Origin: the human T2T-CHM13v2.0 reference genome, Homo sapiens
Strand: one strand, 5' to 3'
Assembly (NCBI RefSeq): GCF_009914755.1
Contig: NC_060940.1
DNA: 64,000 nt
Each line of letters starts with the position of its first letter. Position 1 is the stretch's first letter. The translations under genes and the position numbers were made by a program. Of this stretch, positions 52,901 through 64,000 are shown one piece after another. The notes beneath the pieces are model-generated. The model ran no database searches and was not told the DNA's origin. It saw only the letters and a list, made by a program, of their open reading frames with translations.

Positions 52901-53359
52901 CAGAAATCATGACATCGTATTATTTTTCTTCCATTCACAGAAGATAATTCTCTCTGCAATGTCTGTAATAGTGAATGGAGCTCATTTCCCGTTTTAAAAT
53001 AGTGCTGAGTCTGCCCCATTCAACTACTCCTCGCCGCCCAGAAGGGAAGGTGCCGGCCTGACCGCCTGGCAGGAATGACACCCATGTGTCACCTTGCTTC
53101 CACCACCAGCCGTCCCTGCAGCCTAGAGAGGAGAGAGGTTCCAGCACCCAGAAGCTGGGAGATTTCCTTGATGTGTTATAATTTTCCTTTTTCCTGGGGC
53201 CTGGCTTAAGATTTTGGAATACAGAACAAACACTGGCTGGCATGTAGGAAGTGCTGCCTGTGTGACAGGCATGGGGCAAGCACTTTGTGGTTCTTACCTG
53301 TCTCACCTGCTCTAAATGGCACTGAGGCCAGGCCAGTGGTTCCCGGGCTTTTCTTCCAT

Positions 53360-54085
<726 letters not shown>

Positions 54086-54750
54086 TAAGGAGATGGTTTA
54101 GGCATTTCTTCCCTAATCACCCCACTCCCTCCCCATGAAATTTAATATGGTAGATACACTGTATTGTACGCATATCTGCACTTTCTACGTAAAAGGAGTA
54201 GTTTTTTGTGCCCCTGCTGCACCGCATTTTCACCCCCTGTGGGACAGTGGGATGCATGGGTCATGACTGGTTTACACCTGGGGAAACTGAGATTCTGAGT
54301 TGTCACATCACTGATCCAAAAGCCACCAAAGAGCAACAAAGGGCCAGGCTGGCAAGGACCCCAGGCTGTGGACGGGGGGCTGGCAAGGACCCCATGTTCT
54401 GGACGCAGGGCTGTCTCACTGACTCAGGGGGTTCCGTCTGAGAAATTGCTACACCTTCAAGTCTGAAACATTCCTCCCGGCAGAAACACTGCAGGTTTGT
54501 TTCTAAGCAGATTTCAGATAGAAGCTGTTGCAAAGACCGTCTTGTCTGCCCTTCAGCCAAGAGAAGAGACTTTTTTTTTTTTTTCTAGGTGGGACATTCC
54601 AAGAGAAATGGCCTTTTTTCTATGTGCTAAATGCTTGGATTTCTTATCTGCCAGAGGTGGTTTGAACAATGAATAATTTAAATGGACTGAGCTTTGTATA
54701 GAGATTGGCTTCGGATGACTCACTAAAAATGTGTCATTTTATTATGCTAG

Positions 54751-54852
54751 ATGGACTTAAGTGATATTAAAAATTCATATATAAGAAAAAAAGAGATTCC
54801 ATTCAGTTCAGAGCAGAAGTGGATGGCGGTGAAATGCAGTCTGAAGACTGAG
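54751..54852 (+). CDS. ATP2C2: ATP2C2 exon 16 (MDLSD...PFSSEQKWMAV...KTE), 102 nt
   Basis: atgctAG|ATG, GAG|GTgaga; PFSSEQK ATP-binding motif. Confidence 0.97.
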
Positions 54853-55044
54853 GTGAGACCTTTCAATCTTCAACCTCTTCTCTCTTTCTGCCCGGGCCCC
54901 CACCCAGAGATAAAGCAAAATGCAGACTTCAAGGATAATTTGAAAGTTCCTGGCTGCTTCTGTGACGTTCCAAATACATGGAAAAACTTAATCACCATCA
55001 TACCTTTGATTCTCTTGGGTCTGCTTCTGGCTTTTTGTTTAAAA

Positions 55045-55225
55045 CAGAAGTTCTTAAAGCAGGGTCCCTGGAGTAGCAGCGGTTGTTACCACGCGAGACT
55101 TTATTAGAAATGCAGAATCTCAGGTTCCATGCCAGACCTCCTGAGTCGAAGGGTCCAGGGGTGGGACCCAGTAACCTTCATTTTCTGCAGATTCTGATGC
55201 AGGTGCAAATGTTGAGATCGACCAG
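55045..55225. mobile_element. MER5A-like DNA transposon
   Basis: ttagaaatgcagaatctcaggttccatgccagacctcctgagtc..ggggtgggacccag. Confidence 0.7.
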
Positions 55226-56034
55226 CCTGTAATCCAGTGACTGAGGCCCTGCTGCTAACACCAGTCGCCAACTTGCCAGTCCTCTCTTTGCAGCCCTGTG
55301 CTAAGTTTTTTATACTTCTTAGCTCATCTCCCCGTCATACTGGGGAGCAAATCCTTCAGTACGGAAGGCGTGTCTGTGTGGTGCATCAGCGTGTGCACAC
55401 GTGTTGTCCCTGGCTAGAGGAACACATACCAAGCTATGGCCACCCCGGGTGGACATTACAGCTGATTTTTAAAATTTTCTTTTCAGATTTGTTGTGGCTT
55501 TTCAGATTTTCCTTAAAAGCTATTTTTTAAAGTTTTTGTTGCCTTCTACCGTTTTCTCCACCCCTCCTCTTCCCTCCCACTCTTTCTAGAATCTATCATG
55601 TCTGCCCACGCAGACTGCTCAGCTCCCACTCAGGGCTGTGGGCAGCTCAGCCAGCTCATGCCAGGCCCTTCCTGTGCATGGATGGACACATGTACATTTC
55701 AGGGGCTTAGAAGGGATTATAGATTTTCAAAAAACTTTTAGACCTTTAAATCTTTTCCCTTGCAAGGCAATGGTAATATATTCTCATTGAAAAAGTATAG
55801 AAATATGACATAAAAATGAAAGCTTCTTTCATTCCACCCTTCTTCCCTCCCTCCCCACCACCCACCCAGAGGTAATTCTATTTTAAGTCTGGGATGGAGC
55901 ATTGCAGATTTTAAATATGCAAACGACAACATCTGGATGGTATTTTCAAAACAAGGTCACTATTTATAGTGTGTGTAATTTGCTTTTTCCCCCTAAGATT
56001 TTCTTTTAATATTATGTCTTAGATGTCTGTGTTG

Positions 56035-56340
56035 GTTAATATAAGCTTGTTATATTAACATATTAATTATATAATATGTAATATATATTACATATATTAC
56101 ATATATTATTTAATATATATTATGTAATATATATTATAATTGTATAAGAATATATTAGTTATATATAATATATAATATACATATAAATAATATAATGTAA
56201 TATAATACATATAAATAATATACAATACATATGTACTATAATTAATGTATTAACATCTGTAATTAATATTATATTTATTAATAACATTAATATGTTAATT
56301 ACATATTAATAACATATATAATTAATATTATCTTATAACA
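56035..56340. repeat. AT-rich low-complexity (TA)n-like tract with palindromes
   Basis: Very high A/T content; 22-bp palindrome at 56074-56095. Confidence 0.9.
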
Positions 56341-56949
56341 GTGTTACATTCACACTGTGCACCCACGTGAGCCAGGTATGTCCGGTATTGAGGCTAGGGG
56401 TACAGTGTGACTCTCACTGACCCAGGGCCTCCCCCCGTGGAGTTCATAGTCTACATGTTTGTCATGACAGAGCTTAAGAAAAACACAGGAAAAATGATCA
56501 GCTACTCATGTGGCTTCACTATTACAAGCCAAGTGCTGGGGGTGGGTACAAAATAGACTTGGTGCTGCCCTAGGGAGGCAACAGTCTAATGGAAATATTC
56601 CCAGTTAATCACACCCCCAAAGGCACAGTCCCAGCTGGGATGATACCTCCCGTGCATGAAACATACAAGACGCTCTGAGTGACCATAACAAGGGAACTGA
56701 AAAAAGAACAAGGGTAGTACAGGTTGAAGATTGGCCTTGTTCTTTCTCTGGACTGCAAAACGTTCCATGGATGGATTCTAGAACTTCGCGAACCTGTCCA
56801 GCACCCGTGAACAGCACCAGCCTATGATAAATAACTCCGCTGCAAAGATCCCCGTGTGTGTCTTTGTAACCTTGTGCAGAGTGGGGTGATGGTCAGTATG
56901 AACCAAGGCTTCCAGTGATAGTGGATTTCTTCCCTTTGTCTTTTCTAAG

Positions 56950-57106
56950 GATCAGGAAGACATTTACTTCATGAAAGGGGCCTTGGAAGAGGTGATCCGC
57001 TACTGCACCATGTACAACAACGGGGGCATCCCCCTGCCGCTGACGCCCCAGCAGAGGTCATTCTGCCTGCAGGAAGAGAAGAGGATGGGGTCGCTCGGTT
57101 TGCGGG
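56950..57106 (+). CDS. ATP2C2: ATP2C2 exon 17 (DQEDIYFMKGALE...GSLGLR-V), 157 nt
   Basis: ttctaAG|GAT, GGG|GTcagt; KGA motif. Confidence 0.95.
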
Positions 57107-59427
57107 GTCAGTGCCTGTGGTCCCGGCCCAGAGCTTTAAGCTTGCATGTAACATTGACTTTTAAGTGCATTCAAGCAGGGTCCCTAGTCAAGGAGGTCAC
57201 CCGTCCCAAGGAGTCAGGCAGCATGCTGACGGCAATAATGTGTGCTTGGAACCTGATGGTCACATGAAAGGCACAGAGGTCCCCACCTCATCCCAGTTCC
57301 TTAGTGACCCCCATTAATCCAGAGAAGAGGGTACCCTCCCTTGCTGAGTTTCCTAAGGCAGGTGAATGGGCTGCACCCCAAACATTGATTTTCCCAATAG
57401 GTCTTTTTGCTCATTGCCTCTTGTCAGGAAAACCCGAAGTTCTTTTCAGTCAAGGAACATATTTTTTCCCTTAGCCATTTTCAATTTTCTGCAGCAGAGC
57501 CAGTGCCATCCCTGATGGGCTGAACTGAACATTAAATCTCACATTTCCCTTGGTGTCATTTGTCACCCTGGCCAGTTACAGAGGAAGCGTTTAGAAGTGC
57601 TCCTGAGCACTGGTATTCCCTTGGGGGAAAGTGAGAGGCTTTGGGTTGGCCTTACTGGCTCAGGAGCCTTGGTTTTCCCCTTCGGGGAACAGAGTTTGTA
57701 GGCTGCTGGCAGGCTTGCTCAGAGGTGTACGGGGCGAGACCCTTGCGGCTTTCTGGGGCACAGTGAAGCCAGCGCCGAGCACGTGTCCCCTCTTCCCGAG
57801 TGAGGGGAGCGTTCCCCAAAGCATTGGCACTTTGCCCCCCCAAATGGTTTGTGTTGCGCTGGGTCTACAATAGGCTTACAGGTAAATACTGTGCCTCAGT
57901 TTCCCCATATGCCTAAGGAAGGCACGAGAGCAGTGACTTCATTGATTGCTGTGAGGATTGGAAGAGACGGTGAATCCCATCTTAGCTTGCCCTGAGCCTT
58001 GACTCTGTTTCGGTGGCAGAGAAGCCAGGCCCAGCTTCTGCGAGCCAGGTGATCTGAGAGGGGCTGGTATAAGAAGGTCCTTTTCACCTCGCTGACACCA
58101 GCGACGGGGCTGTGGCGTCCCTCCTGCACAGTGGAGAGATTAGGAGACAATCTGGCACGTGGGTGGCAGCTGCTTTTGTCATGGTTGATACGACCAAGCC
58201 ATTCAGTAGCTCCCTGTTCTTGTCACATCACGCCTCTGCTGACGAAATGGCTCACTTAAGAGTGGACACGTTAGTAAGTAAACATCCCACGTGGCACTGG
58301 CCTCTAAATCTGCACCTGGCACTTGGGCCCCACCTGTGTGCTGGGCACCAGGTTAAGTGCCTGTGTGAGGCCACGCCCTGAATCCCCACCGGGCAGAGGA
58401 GCCGGCCCAGGTGACACAGCCCTGCCTAGTGCAGCCAGCGCCTTCGCCCGGATGTCTGCTGCGGAGCGTAATGACGCGTTCCAGGGACTTGCTCCAGGCC
58501 TTGCGGGAGAGCGTAATGAGAACGGGTCAGTGGCGGAGGAGCAGTGAGACCTTTTCCTGTCTTCCCCCAGTGTACACGCAGGTCCTTTTTTGTTTACAAA
58601 TGGACTTGTCTTCCACCTGTGGCTGGGAAAACTACAACCTGGGAACTGGCCTTAGAGAAGGCCTGTGCGTTTTTCCAATCTGTGTTTAGTCTGGGATGTT
58701 ATTCCTCAGCAGGTGACCGTGGACTGATGCCTGCTGCCTGGCAGGCCTGGGACAGTGCCCGAGTGACTTAGAGAGGCCCCCAACCTGCTAGATCCCCTGG
58801 AGTGGCTTGGGCTTTGAGACCCCCCACCCCACATGCATCCAGGGGAAGATGAAAAACCCCACGGAGAGGGAAGGAGAGTTGCGGTGAGGGGAGCACGGAG
58901 GCAGGAGTATCCTCTTGGGATAGAGCGCTACTAGGTGGCCACTAGAAGCAGGGGATGCTCCTGGGTTGGCAAAGCCCAGGTTCAGGGAGGGGAGGGGACC
59001 ATTGGAAAAGGGGAGGAAGGGCGCCAGCGTCATTGGCGCAGTGTCATGACTGTGTAGGAGGCATGCCAGCCCCATCTTTGGTGTCAGTGAGGGGGCAAGG
59101 ATGTTCTTACACCACCCCCTCTCAGATCACCCAGGGGCAGGAGCTGGGCCTGGCTTCTGTGCCACAGAAACAGAGTCAAGGCCCAGGGCAAGCTCACAGC
59201 AAGAGTCCCCTCAGCTGGGTTGCTCCCCTGTCAATTTTTCTTAACCTCTGTACCGCGCCCCCAAGACTGCTGGAGATGACAAGATGAGTTAGCACAGAGC
59301 AAATGAGGACAAGAACTGTTAGAAACGTCCCATCCTGCTCCACCTCACATGTCCCATTCTGGGCCAGCTCACAGGTTTCTGCAGCCACTTTTGTTGGGAA
59401 GTGGGGTGGGTCTTATACCATGAGTGG

Positions 59428-59785
59428 TGTATTAGTTTATTTTCATGCTACTGATAAAGACAGACCTGAGACTAGGTAATTTACAAAGAAAAAGAGGTTG
59501 AATGGACTCAGTTCCACGTGGCTGGGGAGGCCTTGCAATCATGGCAGAAGGTGAAAGGCACGTCTTACATGGCAGCCGGCAAGAGAGAATGAGAGCCAAG
59601 CCTAAGGGGAAACCCCTCATAAAACCATCAGCTCTCCTGAGATGTATTCACTACCACAGAGCATTGTGGGGAAAACCACCCCATGATTCAATTATCTCCC
59701 ACTGGGTCCCTCCCACAACACGTGGGAATTATGGGAGCTACAGTTCAAGATGAGATTTGGGTGGGGACACAGCCAAACCATATCA
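59428..59785 (-). mobile_element. THE1B-like solo LTR
   Basis: TGtattagt..ggggacacagccaaaccatatCA, complete LTR; 5-bp flanks AGTGG / AGCAG. Confidence 0.92.
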
Positions 59786-59974
59786 AGCAGACAGCAGTGG
59801 TATTTTCTGCTATGCAGCTGTTTCTGGCTTCCTTCTCCATCTGTTGTGCACCTGCGCAGGCCTCAGAGCTGCTGGAGGCATCTCTGCCCTCCCTTTCAGG
59901 CTAGGGACTTGTTGCCTGAGCCCTCTGCAGACCGAGGAGGATCTGGGCCATGGTGGGGGCTGGCTAACAAAGGG

Positions 59975-60286
59975 CTGCGCACGTTGCCTCACACCTGTAA
60001 TCCCAGCACTTGGGGAGGCTGAGGTGGGCAGATCACCTGAGGTCAGGAGTTTGAGACCAGCCTGGCCAACATGGTGAAATCCTGTCTCTACTAAAAATAC
60101 AAAAATTAGCTGGGCCTGGAGGCGCATGCCCGTAATCCCAGCTACTCAAGAGGCTGAGGCAGGAGAACGGTTTGAACCCAGGAGGCAGAGGCTGCAGTGA
60201 GCCAATATTACACCACTGCACTCCAACCTGGGCAATAAGAACAAAACTCTCTTAAAAAACAACAACAACAACCAACAACAAAAAAC
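59975..60286 (+). mobile_element. Alu (S-like) ending about 50 nt before exon 18
   Basis: Dimer with (CAA)n tail. Confidence 0.88.
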
Positions 60287-60337
60287 GACGGCCCCTAAGC
60301 CCCCGGTGACCCCTCCTTACTCCCCCTCTCTCCTCAG

Positions 60338-60508
60338 TGCTGGCCCTGGCTTCTGGGCCCGAGCTGGGGCGGCTGACGTTTCTAGGTCTTGTGGGCATCA
60401 TTGACCCCCCGAGAGTTGGCGTGAAGGAAGCAGTCCAGGTTCTCTCCGAGTCTGGTGTGTCTGTGAAGATGATAACGGGGGATGCCCAGGAGACGGCCTT
60501 GGCCATAG
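60338..60508 (+). CDS. ATP2C2: ATP2C2 exon 18 (LALASG...DPPR...[14 protein letters not shown]), 171 nt, phase 1/1
   Basis: tcctcAG|TG, TAG|GTaact; DPPR and MITGD motifs. Confidence 0.98.
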
Positions 60509-60914
60509 GTAACTGGGACAGGGTCGGGGGTGAGGACGAAAGGACCCATCCATCCTTTACGATGGGGGGCTGCTACCAAAGGGAAGCCTCCGCAAACTCG
60601 GTCAGGAGTGCTCACGCCTAGCCCTACAGGCTTAGAAAAGACGCTGAGTATTCGTGTGCCAGCATTCCAATTTCTGAGGTGTTCTCGTTTCTGAAATGTT
60701 GGCAGGTTCTGCAAAAGGGAAGTTCTCATGGATACTGAGGACCTACTGTGTGTCAGGGGCTTTTCATCCGCTGTCTTCACAGGCAGCATCATGGCCATGT
60801 ACAGTTTCAGTCTGCCTTCTGCCTCTAGCTGTGTACCCTTGGCAAACCATTGAACCACTCTGACCCTCAGTCTCTTCATCAATAGAGGGCTAGCAGCCCT
60901 TCTCCTCTAGTTAC

Positions 60915-61219
<305 letters not shown>

Positions 61220-61554
61220 TAGTTACTATTATATGGGTGGTCTCAGCCTGGTGCTGGGAAAAGGTTCACGGGCTTTGGAATCAGAGCCGTGTCAGGTTCC
61301 AGTGTTACTCCTTACCAGCTGTGTGTCCTCGGCAAAGTCACTTCTGTTTCCCCATCTTTAAAGTGGGGATAATGAGGCGTTTGGTGTAAGTTAATCCTGT
61401 GGATAGAACCGAGGCCGTGCAGCATGGTAGGTCCTCAGTAAACCGTCTCCAGCATGGTTTTATTCTTGGTGTTCCCCATGGCCGAGGTGGGGCCGGGAGT
61501 GAGGGGTGGGGACGCGGGCCTCAGAGCAGGCCCTCAGAACAGGTTCTTCTGAAG

Positions 61555-61652
61555 GAAGAAACATCGGCCTGTGCAACGGGAAGCTGCAAGCCATGTCCGG
61601 GGAGGAGGTGGACAGCGTGGAGAAGGGCGAGCTGGCCGACCGCGTGGGGAAG
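61555..61652 (+). CDS. ATP2C2: ATP2C2 exon 19 (RNIGLCNG...DRVGK), 98 nt
   Basis: ttcttctgaAG|GA, AAG|GTgggt; keeps the frame between exons 18 and 20. Confidence 0.93.
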
Positions 61653-61737
61653 GTGGGTCCCCGGAGGCTTGGCTGGCGGTGGGGCTGGGTCACAGCTTTG
61701 AAATCTGATTCTTTGTCTTCCCCGTCTCCGTGTCCAG

Positions 61738-61788
61738 GTGTCCGTGTTCTTCAGGACCAGCCCAAAGCACAAGCTCAAAATCATCAAG
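61738..61788 (+). CDS. ATP2C2: ATP2C2 exon 20 (VSVFFRTSPKHKLKIIK), 51 nt
   Basis: tgtccAG|GTG, AAG|GTtcgc; R-x-SP-x-HK motif. Confidence 0.96.
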
Positions 61789-62247
61789 GTTCGCTGGGCA
61801 AGGCAGGCACAGGCTGCGCTGCTGGGGCCGGGCCAGAGACACTGTGGCTCGAGGAGCTCATGCGTCCGTCGGGTGACAGTGCAGGGCCCGACCGTGGCTT
61901 CCTTCTCTAGGTCCAGGGCAGCTGCCCCGGGAGTTACCTTTTCATAGCCAGGGGGAGGGGAGGAGGATGAGCAGGGGCGCGTGGGCAGCTCCTTTGGAGA
62001 GGACGAGGCTCTGAAGTTGCCAGCAACACTTGCGCTGACAGCCCCTTGGCCAGAACACAGTCACGGGCCCAGGTTTAGCTGCAGGGGATGCTGGGAAGTG
62101 TCATCTGTAGCTGGGCGGACACGAGCCCCACCAAACCTGGGGATAATTTTAAAGAAGATGGGAGAACTGGGGGACCTTTGCTACATACAGTGAAAACTGG
62201 GAGCTGTAATTGGATAACGTAGAGGGAAAAACTAAAAGAGAAGCTAT

Positions 62248-62527
62248 CTTTTTTTTTTCTGGGGGTGGGGTTGTAGGTACGGAGTCTTGCTCTGTCACCT
62301 AGGCTGCAGTGCAGTGGCACAATCTCGGCTTACTTCAACCTCTGCCTCCCAGGGTCAAGCGATTCTCCTGCCTCAGTCTCCCCAAGTAGCTGGGATTGCG
62401 GTGTGCACCAGCACACCCGGCTAATGTTTGTAATTTTAGTAGAGGCAGGGTTTCGCCATGTTGGCCAGGCTGGTCTCAAACTCCTGACCTCAGGTGATCC
62501 GCCTATCTTCGCCTCCCAAAGTGCTGG
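62248..62527 (-). mobile_element. Alu, 5'-truncated
   Basis: Antisense Alu consensus. Confidence 0.85.
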
Positions 62528-63108
62528 GTGCTTTTTGGCTTTATTCCTGTTACTCAACTCCGTGCCTCCGTTTCCTCATCTGTAAAATGGGGGAACTATT
62601 AATGCCGTCAGCTGATTCACAGGGTTGGTAGAGAATTAAACAAAGCCAGGCCCATGAATCTCTTGGCACACAGCAGGAGCCCAGTAAAGAGCTGATGTGA
62701 TTTTTCTGACTCTGAATACCAAAAAAAGGTAGAAAATGTGCTTGGTTTTCTCGCCTGTGCTCTGAAAGTTTGCTCTTGAGCTCTTTTAGTAGACGGGCTT
62801 TCTTCTTTCATGTTATTTTTAGCTCTACAGAGTAAATCCCTATGTGAGTTACTCCTCAAAGAAGGTAGTAATACTTACCAGGTACCCCATGGTTTCCAGG
62901 GCCGCACTGTTGATTACTGTTTATTACTGGGACTGGATAACCTTTATGAGCCTTTACTGACCGTGCTGGGCACCGTCACATCCATCATCTCAGTTTGGGC
63001 CTCACAACAGCCCTGGGAAGAAGAAACTGTTGCTCCCACTTTGCAGATAGGGAAACTGAGGTCAAGAGGGTCAAGGGCTCGCCCAATTCCCACAGCTAAT
63101 GTGGGTGA

Positions 63109-63402
<294 letters not shown>

Positions 63403-64000
63403 TAAGCTGCCCTTCTGGTTGTTTTTCAGTTGCAAAAATGCCTGGGGTCACCAGCTTCTCCCTGGAACCTGCTACTGTGGAGATAGAGGGGGGGGTCTCG
63501 CGGAGTCCCCAGGGAGAGCTGAATCTCGGGGCTCGTCAGTGTGGCAGGTGCCCCCAACCCCAAGTACCAACAGCCTCTCATAGCAGGGTCATGGGGTCCA
63601 TGATGCCTGGGGCTAGTCACATGCTGCCCCCAGGGGAATGTTACGGATATGAAGCAGAGATGGGATTTGCTGCCTGTGGGTGCATTTCATGTGGTACTGG
63701 GAATGCCCGCCTGGCTCAGGCTGGTGGGCAGCAGCTGAATCTGTAAGGAAAACCTGTGGCCAAATACGTGCTCACACTTGAGTGTGGGGTGAGAAAGGAT
63801 TAAAATGAACATCTTCCGTTTGAGGCCTGCGTGTTGATACATATATCTCAGGCATTGCAAAGAGACCTGGGCAGAAACACCCCCATCGCTGACCACGGAG
63901 GTGCTCTCTAGGTTCTGGGGCTTGCACAAAACTATTTGTTCTGTTTCACTTTTCTGTATTTTTTTCTTAATACATTTACCTTCCTAATTTTAATTAGTTC

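Noticed and set aside
54347-54400. 31-bp-period direct repeat (GGCTGGCAAGGACCCCA x2)
   Set aside because: Small degenerate duplication with no functional clue
61789-61878. In-frame 84-nt extension of exon 20 to CGG|GTGACA
   Set aside because: Weak donor and no supporting evidence in the sequence

Overview
Human (or very close hominid) genomic DNA lying entirely inside the + strand gene ATP2C2 (SPCA2, secretory-pathway Ca2+/Mn2+ P-type ATPase 2). I traced 20 consecutive internal coding exons (exons 2-21 by my numbering, 2048 nt, about residues 34-716). All have AG/GT boundaries and join in one open frame carrying the P-type motifs (TGE, IPEGL, DKTGT with D379, KGA, DPPR, TGD, GDGVND). Exon 1/promoter and the 3' exons lie outside the window. 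The introns are dense in Alu, L1, MaLR LTRs (MLT1/MST/THE1), MER21, MER53, MER5, MER58 and simple repeats; repeat boundaries and subfamily calls are by eye and approximate. I see no new gene, CRISPR array or clearly novel system. The best leads concern hidden isoform potential and retrotransposition history: a promoter-like CCAAT/ETS/FOX cluster with an in-frame candidate first exon in intron 3; a stop-free 3n intron next to the catalytic aspartate; a poison Alu cryptic exon beside a 325-nt UG repeat; a decoy donor inside exon 4; exon 18 between inverted Alus; three probable missense alleles; and one L1-endonuclease site used repeatedly, including a probable Alu-L1 chimera.
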